DNA of 64,000 nucleotides from Vulcanimicrobiota bacterium (GTDB taxonomy: Bacteria > Vulcanimicrobiota > Vulcanimicrobiia > Eremiobacterales > Eremiobacteraceae). Below the pieces are notes generated by a model that was given only the letters and a program-made list of their open reading frames with translations, was not told the DNA's origin and did not search any database. Position 1 is the first letter of the stretch. Each line of letters begins with the position of its first letter. A program made the position numbers and the translations under genes. Of this stretch, positions 23,804 through 34,794 are shown one piece after another. Location: contig CAWETU010000001.1 of the NCBI GenBank assembly GCA_963812135.1, forward strand, positions 128,001-192,000, written 5' to 3'.

Positions 23804-25606
23804 TCACCTCGAGACCGTCGCGAAGGGCCCGACCGGCGAGGCTCCCGCTGGCGTGACGATCCGAACCGCGTATGCATACGAGCCGCGTGCTCCGGCCGGA
23901 AGCACGTCACGGTAAGCGAACGCTTTCACGAGCGGTGCAATAGTCACGGTGGGGCCGTCGGGCCCGCGACGCAAGATCGTGTAACCGGTTACGCCCGATG
24001 TTTGCGGCCAGCGCAGTTCGACCGTGACGCCGTCGCTCAAAAGGTGCGCCGAGATCGCCGGTGCGCGTGGAAGCGGCGTGGGTATCGCGATCGAGACTTG
24101 TGCGGATCGTTTGCCCTCGACGCCGCCCGCGCCGATCGCCGCCAGCGCGTATGCGTACGTGTGTCCGGGCTGCACCGCGCGATCGGCGTAACTTGACGCT
24201 ACCGGCTCGAGTTTCGCGATGGTCTGTGCGGGGCGACCGTTGTCGCCGCGGTACAACCGTTGCGCCGTGATGTCGGGATCGACGAGGGGCACGACCGACA
24301 CCGATACGATTCCGTTGTTGAAACGCACCGCCGTCGGCGTTGAGGATTCCGGCAGCGAACTGCGAAGCGGCCGCGCCGTCACCCAACGCGCCGGTAACAC
24401 CATATTGCCGAAGCGATCTTGCGCACCGACGCCGTACGCATAGGTGTTCACGCTGTCGGCGGGAACCTGCACGACGAACGAGTGCGTCGTTGCAGGCACT
24501 TGCGCGAGGAGGAACGGTTCGTTCTTTTCCGCGCGACGGTACACGTTGTAGGTGTGGACGCTCGTGTCGCGGCTCGCCTGCCACGAGAGCGTGATGCCCT
24601 CGCGCTGCGTTTTTGCGACGAGGTTACCAGGTGCATCGGGCGGCGTCGTCTTGCCGACGACCGCGGTAGCGCCGCCGCTGGGGTAGCCCAGGATGCCGGA
24701 ACGAGTCTTCGCGAGGACTTCGTAGTGATAGATATGGCCTTGCACGACTTCATCGTCGTAGCGTTGCGCGGACGCCGAGAGCATCGCGCGCTGCGTCATC
24801 TTTGCATCATCGGTGCCGCGCAGTACCTGATAGGCGACGATCGTCGGATCGTTCACCGCGTTCCAACTCAAGGCGACGCTACTCGCACCGGTTCGCGCTT
24901 GCAGTGCCGTCACCGGCAGCGGGCGATGAAGATCCAACGCCGTCGCATACACGACTGCACTCGGCGGGCCCTCGTTATCGAACGCGTCGACGACGGCGAC
25001 TCGATACGCGGTGCGCGTACCGATCGGCGGCGACGTATCCAGGTAGTGCGTTCCCCCTGTCATCCCGATCGCGCTTGAAATGCGCACGAACGCTCCACCG
25101 CCCGAACTGCGATAGATGTTGAAGTTGCCGTGCGCCGTTGCCGACTGCATCGTCAACTCGACGCTTCGGTCGCCCGCCTTTGCAATGAACGATTGCACGC
25201 GATAGTGCGCGAGGGGCGGGCGCGCGCCCGCCGGAGGCGTGAGGTTGCTCGTTCCGCTTTCGCCGTCCGCCAGTGTCACCTCGTAGTGATACTGGATCCC
25301 CTTGACGGCCGTTGTATCGACGTATGCTATGCCGCGCGTTAGTGCGAGGTCGACGGTTCCGAACTCCGCAAACCGGCCGGTTCCAGCGGAATCAATGCGG
25401 GCATTTGCGGCCTGCGCGGCCTGGGTCGGCGGACGCCGCACTTGCCCGAGCGTCACGCGCGTTCCGCTCGGGTCAATGCGTACGACTGTTGCCGCGATTT
25501 CTTGGGTTGCAACGCGCGGGAACCAGCGAACGATCATTCCACGCGGGCCCGGTGCCGCGGCAACGGTGAGTGCGAGCGTTGCGGCGATCATTGAATGCAC
25601 GTTCAT
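23804..25606 (-). CDS. Secreted multi-fibronectin type III repeat protein
   Basis: Signal peptide; several repeats of L-S-W...Y-x-V/I-Y-R...Y-x-D...Y-x-Y-x-V-x-A; ATG overlaps the upstream TGA. Confidence 0.85.
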   Translation of the reverse strand: MNVHSMIAATLALTVAAAPGPRGMIVRWFPRVATQEIAATVVRIDPSGTRVTLGQVRRPPTQAAQAANARIDSAGTGRFAEFGTVDLALTRGIAYVDTTAVKGIQYHYEVTLADGESGTSNLTPPAGARPPLAHYRVQSFIAKAGDRSVELTMQSATAHGNFNIYRSSGGGAFVRISSAIGMTGGTHYLDTSPPIGTRTAYRVAVVDAFDNEGPPSAVVYATALDLHRPLPVTALQARTGASSVALSWNAVNDPTIVAYQVLRGTDDAKMTQRAMLSASAQRYDDEVVQGHIYHYEVLAKTRSGILGYPSGGATAVVGKTTPPDAPGNLVAKTQREGITLSWQASRDTSVHTYNVYRRAEKNEPFLLAQVPATTHSFVVQVPADSVNTYAYGVGAQDRFGNMVLPARWVTARPLRSSLPESSTPTAVRFNNGIVSVSVVPLVDPDITAQRLYRGDNGRPAQTIAKLEPVASSYADRAVQPGHTYAYALAAIGAGGVEGKRSAQVSIAIPTPLPRAPAISAHLLSDGVTVELRWPQTSGVTGYTILRRGPDGPTVTIAPLVKAFAYRDVLPAGARGSYAYAVRIVTPAGASPVGPFATVSR

Positions 25607-28600
25607 AGCCACCCACACACTCCGCAAGCGCCGAAGGATACGCCGGCGCTGTCGACGTGGTATCCGCTCGTACTAAGCGTAATTTGAACGTTTCCGTTCA
25701 CCGAAACGCAGACCACGCAGACGCCGACCGATTCCGCGCCGGTAAACGAGAGCGGCGAGGTGATGAAGTGCAGGTCGACGTCGGCCGATACGCTCGCGAC
25801 CCCGAGGTCGATCGATCCGTGTTGGTGGATTCCCGTCCCAAAGCCGCCGCTTCCGGAAATATACTGCACGTGCGCATCGTCCTCGCCGTCGAACGGACCC
25901 AGTGGTAGATTGGCCTGTCCTTTGAAGTAGAACCCCCACCCCGCTTCGACCACGCCGCTATCGAGGCAGGCGCCGAACGTGCCGTGCGTGTGGCGCCACG
26001 CGCAGACCTCGCCGTCGAGGTCGATGATGAGGATGGGAATTCCCTGTACGCCGACGCCCATGTCCCAGTCACCGTTGTTGTAGAAACTGAATTGACCCTT
26101 CGCAGCAATGTCGTCGACCTGCGTTTTGATCTCGCCTTTGAAATACATGGCGAATCCGCTCGCGTTGTAGGCCGAATCGAATTCCCCGCTCGCTTGGTCC
26201 TTCGAATCGAATTGCACCGAGAGGTCGCCCTCGAAACACCACATGTGCGAGCAATCGTAGTCGCGGTCGGCGAGTTTGCTCGTGCCGCCGAGCTGTTGCA
26301 CGAGCGGGTCGGTTAACGAGGTGTCATAGATCACGACGGCGTGACCTTGCAACGTGTTGAGATTTAAGTCGGCACCGAATGCGAGCGCTTCGATACTCCC
26401 GTTCTGCCGCGAGAACGTTGCTTCGCCTTTGATGTTCGCCATACTGACCGAACCGCTCGAACTGTTTCCGTTGCCGCCGGAAACGTTGACGCCGATCTCC
26501 CCTTTCTCGGTTTGGTTGTCCACGTGAAGCCCGAAGGACGCCTTGACGAAGTTTGCCGTAACGATCTGGCCGGAGCCATCCCAGCCGCTGCCGGTATAGG
26601 CGATATCCGCGTTGAGATCGACGACGCCGACGGATTGCGAAACACCGAAGTGATAGCCTGATGGCGGTGCGAAGCCGTTCCCGGTTGCGGTAAGCGTGAG
26701 GATCTGTTGTGCCGCCGTCCACCCGGCGATCGTCCCGCTACCGTTTAGTTGCACCGGCACGTTGCTATTTCCGGTATTCGGAAAACCAAAGGAAAGCGGC
26801 GTGAAGTCGAGGCCGGCGATGCGCGTCGATGCGAGTTGCGAGAGCGGCATCATCTGATTGTTTTGCAGCGTGCCCGTCGATTGAATGATGCCCTGGACGT
26901 GCGGAGCCGGCCCAGTGTAGTTGGGAAGCGTGAGCGTCGCATCGGTGAGTTGAATCGAAGACGTGCCGATCGTTGTCGGCTCGTTGATATGAAGCGAAGC
27001 GTTCCACGCATGCATCGCAACCGTGATACCGGAAGGCACGAAGAGGGCACCGAGCGTTCCGTCCTGTTGCACTTGCTGCACGACGACGGGGATCGTCGCG
27101 TCGATGGGAGCCGGAATCTGCACGACGCCCCAAAACTCGTCTGCGCCACGTCATCGTCGATGATCTCGACGTTGTAGAGTTGCATGTTGAGCGCCCAATT
27201 TCCGTACGCCGAGCGCACGCCGCCCTGCAGCGAAAACAGTCCGCTGTTGCCGGCGTCGTCGGTGTGGGCGAACCCAAAGCCTTGCCCCTTTACGGAAGCA
27301 TCGAATCCCGATGGACTCGTGCTGTACGGCGTCGTGACCTGCCCGCGATCGACGTAGAGCCCAGGAAATGGGAAAGCCGGCGTCGCGACTACGGGGCTGG
27401 CCGGCCCGGTGAAGACGTGTTGTAAGTTCCCGTTCGAAAAGCCGCTGACGACGCCGTGAACGGCACTGCCTTGCGGTACTTGACCGCCGATCTGTGCGAT
27501 GATTCCGGATTGAAAGCGCTCGACGCTGCCGATCACCTCTTGTGGCGGCTGGCTGTAATCGAGCGATGGAATCTGATTCCACAGCGGACTGAGCGAGAGT
27601 TTCTGCATGAACAGCATGAACTCAAATGAAGTGAGATAGCCGTTCTGTCCGCCGGGAACGTAGAGCGAGGCATGATCGGGAGCGATGATATACTTTACGC
27701 TCGTGTACGCCGTGCTTGTCGCCGATGCGACGAGATCGCCGACGTCGGTGAACGAACCGCTAAACGGTCCCGAGGGGTTCGGTCCGATGGAGTGGCCGGG
27801 TACGATATATTGCGGCGCACGGGGTTTTGACGTGCCGGCGAAATGCGAACCGTTCGACGCCTGCTGCGCCGCATTGAAGGCAGCGGCGGATTGTACGGCC
27901 TGTGTTGCGTTCCCACCGAAGCCCACGTAGTGGGGCGGCGGGGTGGGAACCGCCTGACCCGCCGCAAACGAGCCGTTCATCGTCCCGCCGAGAAATGCGG
28001 AGTTCTGCACCCCTAGGATGGCCTGCGAAATCGTGAGCGTGAAGCCACGTGGCGCTCCGACGAAGATCGTTTGGCCGGGGTTGACCACAATCGCGGCGTT
28101 GATGCCGGAGGCGCCCCAGTGCAGTCGTGATCGTCGCCTGCGTCGTTCCGGGCGAAAGTTGCTGAAGAACCGGACCCTGCGCGGGTGCATTGTCGAATGC
28201 CGCGTGTGGATCGCCGTCGCTTGCGCCGAAACGCAGTGCAGCGCTTGCGCGTGCGTCGGTTGGGCGGTGAAGGACGTGTAGCCGAGGCGGTAATTCCCGA
28301 CCGTGTCGCCGGGAACGTCGGTGTCGAATCTCCGTCCTCATCAATCGCGATGTTGTCGAGCTCGAGCAGGAGCTGCCGATCGAAATCGAGCGTGTCGGTG
28401 TTAAACCCGTCGGCTGTGCTGCCGGAGGCGGCGGTCCGACGCCCTCGGGCGCCCAACAGAGAAGCGCGATCGAGGGCGTGCCGACCGGACAGCCGGCTCC
28501 CATGAACGTAAACGTGTAGCCGAAACGCTGGAACGTGCCGATTGATTGGCGAAAACCGTGCCGGGTCGCGCGAGATGATAGTGCTGCGCGCACACGGACC

Positions 28601-29613
28601 GGGCGGTTGCGGCCCCCTCCCGACGAAGCGGACCTTCGAAATGTTTACCCCGGAGGTGGGAATCGCCGTTCCGTTCGTAACGTCACCGACGCTCGTCCCA
28701 AAGAGCTGGGAGAGCGCGCCATCGGGAACGACGGATATTGGCGAACGAAACCGTGAAATACGTGGCGCCGATCGCGCGCCCGGTGCCGGAATAGGTTGCA
28801 GCCGCTTTCGTGTAGTGGATATCTGCACGAGAAAGCCTTGGAATTCAGCGCTGCGAATCTGTACGGTCGGCGTCGGCGTGAAGAATCCCGACCGCGAAAT
28901 CATAGGTGACCGGCGGTAACGACACTGCCGGCGGGACAACACGATCTCGTGCGCGCCGTCGGGCGGAGGCGGCGCAGGGTACGCAAACACAACCGGCGCG
29001 CCGGCCTGCGGTACGCACGTGAAGGGACTGCATCAGCGTGCCGTCGAGAAACCACTGCACGCCGATGGTTCCGGGTGCGCTCAACGTTAGACGTGCGACG
29101 GCCGCGGCACCTTCGTCCCGGTCGCCAGATGGAGATGCGTCAAACCATTGGCCAGCGGAGCTCCGCGCTCAGCAGCTTGCCATTGCCGTCGGAGGCGCGC
29201 TCACAGCGGGGGCGGCAGGCGTAGCAGCGCGCTGGAGCGGCGCCGGGGCCGCCCGCCGACGATGCACGCGCGAGCACAATCGTGACGCTCGCACTGCAGA
29301 CAGTGCGCTCGCCGCGTACACACCCGGTCGCGTAAACGTGGAAGACGCGACCCCCAAAACCGAAGCGCGTCATGACCATCACGATACGGCCGCCGTGCCG
29401 TCGCCGAAGGCAATCGGGACAGCGCTCCCCGCTCGATGCGCGCCGACCGTGCCGCGGCTGCGGAAACCAGGAGGGTGAGGGCGACGGGTGAGCCTGCAAG
29501 CGCGGCGTGCGCGTGGCGACAAGCGTCGATCCGCCTGCTTGGGCGGGCGCGGTGATTGGCGCGCAGAGCGCAATGGCGGCGATGACGAGCAAAACCGCGG
29601 CCGAGAAGCGCAT
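25603..29613 (-). pseudogene. Large secreted beta-rich protein gene, disrupted by multiple frameshifts and stops
   Basis: Signal peptide MRFSAAVLLVIAAIALCAP at 29613; protein-like segments continue through alternating frames; final 506-aa piece (25603-27123) intact with a Cys-rich end. Confidence 0.7.
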
Positions 29614-29750
29614 GCTTTCTCCGTTGTGCCCAACCGGCTTTCGGTAACAAAGAAACGCTCCCCTGGAGAAGGGCTCGATGCGGGCCAATCAGCTTGCCGT
29701 ATGGTTAACCGAGTGGCTAATGCGCTTCTCTGCGGTACAGGCTACCCTGC

Positions 29751-29797
29751 GCTTCGCATGTAAGGGGTCAGGGGTTCGAGTCCCCTCATCTCCACCA
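29751..29797 (+). repeat. att site: duplicate of the tRNA-Ala 3' 47 bp
   Basis: GCTTCGCATGTAAGGGGTCAGGGGTTCGAGTCCCCTCATCTCCACCA, identical to 22986-23032. Confidence 0.95.
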
Positions 29798-29814
29798 CGC
29801 GGCCGCTGTCTCAC

Positions 29815-30891
29815 TCATTCGTATCCGACCTCGAGTCCCGATGTGATGTAGCTCGTTTCGCATCGATCGTTGGTGAAGGCTCGGAGGTCCTCGTTATCGT
29901 TCCTGATCACGATGCCGTTGTTCGCGGAACCGGAGAGCCAGCCGTTCACCTCATTGGTGAGGTCGATGTCCACCTTAGGCCCCGAGCGCGACAATGCGCC
30001 GTAGAAGTTCCCCTCGATCCATTCCGCGTTAAGCCACCACTGCGCGTTTGCAGTGCCGTAGTGTTGCGCGCACGAGACGACCGGATTGGGGCTCGGGTTG
30101 TCGACCGTGCCGAGCGTCGTCGTTTGTACGGCGAGATGCAAAGTGGCGTAGTCGACGTGATGCCCTTGCAGACCGCTCACGTCAAACCGCATTGCGGTGC
30201 GCCAAATCGTGTTCCAGCCCGCATCGCCGAGGGTTGAGACGTACGTGCTCCGGCGGTAGCCGACGTAGAGATCGTTTTCGGATTGTTGCGTCAGTTGGTC
30301 ACCACCGCTGATGCCGGTGCTATGGATGTTTTGAATCTTCTGCGACCGGTAGCCCTGCGGGTACAGCGTCACCACCGTGACCTGGCGACCGAGATGCTTT
30401 GGCGTGCTCGCGAATGCAGGGTTCATGCAGAGCGGCGTCGTTGGCATGCTTTCGACGCCGTTCAAAACGCCTGTCACGGTGAAACACCCATTGGTTCCGA
30501 CTTTTGCCGGGTCGAGCATTGCGACGCGCTTTTGCGTGCCGCTAGTCTCTGACTCGATGAATTTGCCGAGTTCATATACATTGAAGCCATCAACATTGAC
30601 GCCTGACCAGTCCCAGATCAAGATATACCAGCGGTTTGCCATCGCCGCCGCGCACGCGATGCCGGCAAAACCGCCGCCGGCGTAGGTACGGCATTCGTCG
30701 AGCGAGTCGGTCGTGCGGAGATAAGTCGGCGGCGCCCACTTCACCACAAGGTTCTTCACGCCGAACCTTGGGGTTGGTGTCGGTGTCGGCGTCGGAATCG
30801 TATTCGGAATGACCGCTGCCGTCCCAACCGTGGCGGTTCCGATGAGTGCCGATACGATTAGGGCGGCTATGAGGTAAGCTCGATAGCTCAT
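29815..30891 (-). CDS. Secreted protein with an FN3-like segment and a DNRLRE/CBM96-like C-terminal domain
   Basis: Signal peptide, PT repeats, LIWDW...DGFNVYE, RTAMRFDVSGL...ATLHL, IDLTNEVNGW...NNGIVI. Confidence 0.55.
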   Translation of the reverse strand: MSYRAYLIAALIVSALIGTATVGTAAVIPNTIPTPTPTPTPRFGVKNLVVKWAPPTYLRTTDSLDECRTYAGGGFAGIACAAAMANRWYILIWDWSGVNVDGFNVYELGKFIESETSGTQKRVAMLDPAKVGTNGCFTVTGVLNGVESMPTTPLCMNPAFASTPKHLGRQVTVVTLYPQGYRSQKIQNIHSTGISGGDQLTQQSENDLYVGYRRSTYVSTLGDAGWNTIWRTAMRFDVSGLQGHHVDYATLHLAVQTTTLGTVDNPSPNPVVSCAQHYGTANAQWWLNAEWIEGNFYGALSRSGPKVDIDLTNEVNGWLSGSANNGIVIRNDNEDLRAFTNDRCETSYITSGLEVGYE

Positions 30892-30956
30892 GTCCGTCCC
30901 CTTGTGCGCCTCGCTACCTCCTCAGGGCAAACTCCGATGAAATCATCTCCACTACC

Positions 30957-31433
30957 CTATCTGGGTATCCCGATATTCTCGAAGACGAAGTTGACGTTTG
31001 AAAAACTGCAGCTCGGCCTGCACTTCTTGCCGTCCACAGATCTTGACGTCGGGTTGAAAGCCCCTTGATATGTGGCGGGGGCCTTGTAACCAAGCGGCGC
31101 GCCAGATGGCTTCACGGTCACCTGTCCCCGCGGCACCTGTAGCATCTCAACCGAATAGGCGCAGCTAACCGTGTCGCTTTTGACACTTGCGGTCATCTTG
31201 CCGCCGGTTGTTTTCCCAATGACCTCCATCGCGGGGTTCGCCGCAGGCTCTTCCGCGATGACGCGGAAATTTTGGCACGCATTGGAGTTAAAGCCGTGGG
31301 GCATGAGCGATACCGCAAAACTGATCTTGCCGTTTATACCTTGGGCCGACGCCTCGGTAGGCGTCAATGCAACGAACATGCCAAGCGTCGTGAGCGCGGC
31401 TGTGGCGATGGCAATACGACTGACAGCGATCAT
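30957..31433 (-). CDS. Secreted hypothetical protein
   Basis: AGGAG SD; signal peptide ending ASA; four Cys. Confidence 0.6.
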   Translation of the reverse strand: MIAVSRIAIATAALTTLGMFVALTPTEASAQGINGKISFAVSLMPHGFNSNACQNFRVIAEEPAANPAMEVIGKTTGGKMTASVKSDTVSCAYSVEMLQVPRGQVTVKPSGAPLGYKAPATYQGAFNPTSRSVDGKKCRPSCSFSNVNFVFENIGIPR

Positions 31434-31622
31434 GAGGCAACTCCTTTCGCAAGGGGCCAAACGCTGGGATTCCCTCTATGGCCGCTGTATTCGAACCAAA
31501 AGCGAGAGGTCCCCTCATCTCCAAAGGTTTGCGGTAGAGTGAGCAAGCAAGCGGCTCGAGGCTTCCACGTTTGAGCCGACGTGGACCGCGGGTACTTGTG
31601 CTAGTGAACCGAGGGTAACAGT

Positions 31623-32051
31623 ATGCTGATCCGGCCCAACTTTTTCTTCGGCTCGCTGGTGGTTGCGAGCATGCTGGCGCTCATGCGCTGCAACGGCGGC
31701 GGCGGGCCTCTTTGCAATACCGGCACATCCGTGCAACTCGCAAGCCCGACGCAGCAGGGCGGCGTTTCGACGACGATCGGCCGGATCGTCATCGTGGCCG
31801 ATGGCAACGCCAACAACCTCTACAACACCTACAGCCAATGGACCATCACACTCAACGATAACGCAGGACAACCGTGGACCGGCGGAAGCCTCGGGCTTGT
31901 GCCGGATCCTGGCGGACCACACCCGTATCCTTCAGATTTCTTCTACGCGTCGAGCATTCCGACTCTCAGCCCTGGGCGGACGTATACCGCGTCTCTTGGG
32001 CAACCCAACGGAGCCTGTCAGTCGGTCTCGTTGGGCTCCTTTTCGACGTAA
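31623..32051 (+). CDS. Putative lipoprotein
   Basis: Hydrophobic N-terminus, then C-NGGGG; ends LGSFST. Confidence 0.65.
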   Translation: MLIRPNFFFGSLVVASMLALMRCNGGGGPLCNTGTSVQLASPTQQGGVSTTIGRIVIVADGNANNLYNTYSQWTITLNDNAGQPWTGGSLGLVPDPGGPHPYPSDFFYASSIPTLSPGRTYTASLGQPNGACQSVSLGSFST

Positions 32052-32056
32052 CGCTT

Positions 32057-32836
32057 ATGAGACGGCACAGCATTCGGAACTGCGTGGGAGCGTGCATCGC
32101 GCTCTGCGCAGTGCTATTCGGGAGCACGACCGTCGGCGTAGGCGCGAGTGCGTCGCCTGGCACGGTTCCCGCACTCGTGCTGCGAGCTGGTGCCGTTTAC
32201 ACGGCCAACGTGCGAGGCATCATCGGCATGCAGCGACACTTCTCTACCGTTGTGCGCGCCGGACCGGTCCATCATACCGAGGTGAGTGACAGCGGGCAAT
32301 TGATGAACGACGGGGCGTTCGTGAACATCAAGTACTACAAGATCGCCGACGATGGGAAAGCGTTTAGCGCCCAGCAGATCGCGCAGCGTGACGCGCAGAC
32401 GAATCAGGACTGGAGCGTTGGGAAGATCTTCTTCAAGGAGCCCTATGATCCACGCTTTATACACGACTATATCTTCGCTCCACCGCAAGCCTGCACGGTC
32501 TGCCCGACGGGGACCGTTGCCGTCACCTTCCAGAGCGGCATTAAAGACGCCCAACATGGCAGCGGAACCATGTGGATCGAGCAGGCGACGGGTCGCGTGG
32601 ATAAACTGACATACATCCCGAACGTGCCACCGCCTCATGCGACCTCCGGCAGCGTGACGGAGACGAGCGGAAGTGCGATGCCCAACGTATGGTACGTGAC
32701 TCGCATTGACGGCTCGTATCGAGGCAATTCCTTTCCGATGACGGGAACCGGCACGTTTACGGGCGTGTTCGACCAATTCAAGCATTTTTCAACCAAAGCG
32801 CAAGGTGAGGCTGCGCTGCAAGCCGGTACGATTTAG
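32057..32836 (+). CDS. Secreted hypothetical protein
   Basis: Signal peptide; GTMWIEQATGRV motif resembling LolA/sorting-like folds. Confidence 0.65.
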   Translation: MRRHSIRNCVGACIALCAVLFGSTTVGVGASASPGTVPALVLRAGAVYTANVRGIIGMQRHFSTVVRAGPVHHTEVSDSGQLMNDGAFVNIKYYKIADDGKAFSAQQIAQRDAQTNQDWSVGKIFFKEPYDPRFIHDYIFAPPQACTVCPTGTVAVTFQSGIKDAQHGSGTMWIEQATGRVDKLTYIPNVPPPHATSGSVTETSGSAMPNVWYVTRIDGSYRGNSFPMTGTGTFTGVFDQFKHFSTKAQGEAALQAGTI

Positions 32837-34128
32837 CCTGGAACTAGCGCGATCACGCCCGTGCCATCGGTCACATACACCGTCACGCCGAGCGCTGGGT
32901 CGCTGACGATGACCGGATTGGAAGCGCCAGAGACGCCGCCGTGCCAGATCTCTGTTCCGGTTGAGAGATTCAAGAGATGCAGCGCGTCGAACGACGTGAC
33001 CAGTAGTGTGCTGCTTCCCAGCGCGGCGAACATCGAGCTGGAATATTGGCCGCTGCTTGAAGCTTGCACGGGCGAAGTCCAGACGACTTTGCCGGTCGTA
33101 GCATCGTGTGCCTCGATGCCGCTAAAACCCGACACGATGACGAGCCCGTTGGCAAGCACCGGCGGCGCAAATGAGTATGCGGTCAGACTGACCGACCACA
33201 CTTTTTGCAGATTTGATTGCGAGCGTGCGACGAGGTTGGACGGCTGTTCGACTAGGTAGATGTTGTTCGCGTCGGCGCTCATCTCGGAGAGGGGCGTGGT
33301 TGCGACGTGAGCGATGATCGCCCCGGTCGACGCGTTCAGCGCATAGATGCCTGACGCATTCGGGGACGGATCGCTATAGTTCGCCGCGTAGAACAGCGTG
33401 CCGTTTGAGAGCACGAGTCCGCCGTTGCTATCGTTGGAGTACTTGGTGCTCTTCTGCTGGAGCGCCCGCCAGCGCGCGGCGCCGGTCGAGTCGAGCGAAT
33501 AGACGAAGAGGTCCGCGCCGTCCGCCAGGAACGTGTTCGCCGCGTACAGCCCGGATGGGTCGGGAATCGACTCACCCCACAGATCGAATCCGGTGCCCCA
33601 GGGCTTGCCGGGCACGGACACCACAGCACCGGTGGCGATGTTGAGGAAGCCTTGCTGATCGTCCTGATAGACGACCTCGTTGTTGAAGATGCTTAGCCAG
33701 TGGCCTTCGTCGTAGTCGCGATGTTCGACGTACGTCCACTGATGCGCCCCTGATGTCGACAGACCGTCGTAGGACGGACCGCCCGCGAACACCGTGGTGC
33801 CGTATTGCGACCAGTGGGTGTAGACACCACCGGTCGTCGCAATCGCGCAATAGACTTGGCCGAACGTATTTCCGGCGAGCGGCACCGGATTGTAGCGCCA
33901 CGCCTGTTTGAGCGATCCGGTGAGGCTCGCCGCCGACGCCGATGTGTGTTTGGCGTCGTGCGCGAACGTCACCCAGTTATCGAGAACCGGTTTGCCCGGC
34001 GGCGTCTGGCCAGGGTGCGAGCCGCCGCCGGGAACGGAACCTGCTCCACCGCATGCGGCGAGCGCGATTGCGACCGCGCTCGTGATAAAGACGATGCCCG
34101 CACGGCGAGCGATCACAGTGGCCCACAT
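32833..34128 (-). CDS. PQQ-like beta-propeller lipoprotein
   Basis: LAAC lipobox; WVTFAHDAKHT; repeated ALNASTG/AHDATTGKVVW/NLSTGTEIW. Confidence 0.8.
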   Translation of the reverse strand: MWATVIARRAGIVFITSAVAIALAACGGAGSVPGGGSHPGQTPPGKPVLDNWVTFAHDAKHTSASAASLTGSLKQAWRYNPVPLAGNTFGQVYCAIATTGGVYTHWSQYGTTVFAGGPSYDGLSTSGAHQWTYVEHRDYDEGHWLSIFNNEVVYQDDQQGFLNIATGAVVSVPGKPWGTGFDLWGESIPDPSGLYAANTFLADGADLFVYSLDSTGAARWRALQQKSTKYSNDSNGGLVLSNGTLFYAANYSDPSPNASGIYALNASTGAIIAHVATTPLSEMSADANNIYLVEQPSNLVARSQSNLQKVWSVSLTAYSFAPPVLANGLVIVSGFSGIEAHDATTGKVVWTSPVQASSSGQYSSSMFAALGSSTLLVTSFDALHLLNLSTGTEIWHGGVSGASNPVIVSDPALGVTVYVTDGTGVIALVPG

Positions 34129-34209
34129 GAGTCTGTCGTTTTGGCCCCGCCGACCCAGCACCCTGGTCGCGCAAGCGATATGTGCGTTGCGACAACGAAT
34201 CGACCGTGG

Positions 34210-34237
34210 AAAAAGGCCTCGGAAGAATCCGAGGCCT
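34210..34237 (-). terminator. Intrinsic terminator of the VOC gene
   Basis: Stem AGGCCTCGGA/TCCGAGGCCT with a minus-strand U-tract. Confidence 0.7.
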
Positions 34238-34272
34238 CCTGATTCGTGATGCCGCGCATCCAAGCGCTGAAG

Positions 34273-34662
34273 CTAGTTTCTGCTGACGCCTGCAGGCACC
34301 GCCGAGTGCAATCCATGGATGTTGCCTTCCGAGTCCTTGAACATCGCCCAGCCGCCCCACGGTTCCGTGCGCGGCCGCTCCTCAAATTCGATACCTTTCT
34401 TCTTCAGGTCCTCAAATGTCTGGAAGACGTCGTCGACCTCGATCACGACGCCGCTGAAACCGCCGACCTTATCGGGCGACCAGCTCGGGCCGTCCTTCGC
34501 CAGGGTGAATGCGGTCTGCGCGCCCTTCGGCGCGACGGTCACCCATCGCGAGTCATCGCCCATGGGCACATCCATCGTCTTTTCCCAGCCAAGTTTGTTG
34601 GTGTAGAAGTCGATCGTGCGGTCGATATCGTTCACGTACAGCGTCACTACCGAGATATACAT
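34273..34662 (-). CDS. VOC/glyoxalase family protein
   Basis: VTLYVNDIDRTIDFY...LG, EPWGGWAMFKDSEGN. Confidence 0.9.
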   Translation of the reverse strand: MYISVVTLYVNDIDRTIDFYTNKLGWEKTMDVPMGDDSRWVTVAPKGAQTAFTLAKDGPSWSPDKVGGFSGVVIEVDDVFQTFEDLKKKGIEFEERPRTEPWGGWAMFKDSEGNIHGLHSAVPAGVSRN

Positions 34663-34794
34663 CGTTCGAGAACTCCCTTTCTTCGCTCACGAGGGACCCA
34701 GGAATCCCACGCCCGTGAAAAATCTTCCTCCGCGATAATCCGCCATTTTGGCGCTGGAACAGGGCGCCGCCTGAGCCGAGTACAAATCTCGCAG

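Larger units (their letters stand above)
22986..29797. mobile_element. tRNA-Ala-integrated genomic island remnant with no integrase
   Basis: Bounded by an exact 47-bp direct repeat of the tRNA 3' half (22986-23032 and 29751-29797). Confidence 0.85.

Noticed and set aside
29751..29797. Second tRNA-Ala gene
   Set aside because: Only the 3' half is present; no D-arm or 5' acceptor strand, so it is treated as an att duplicate
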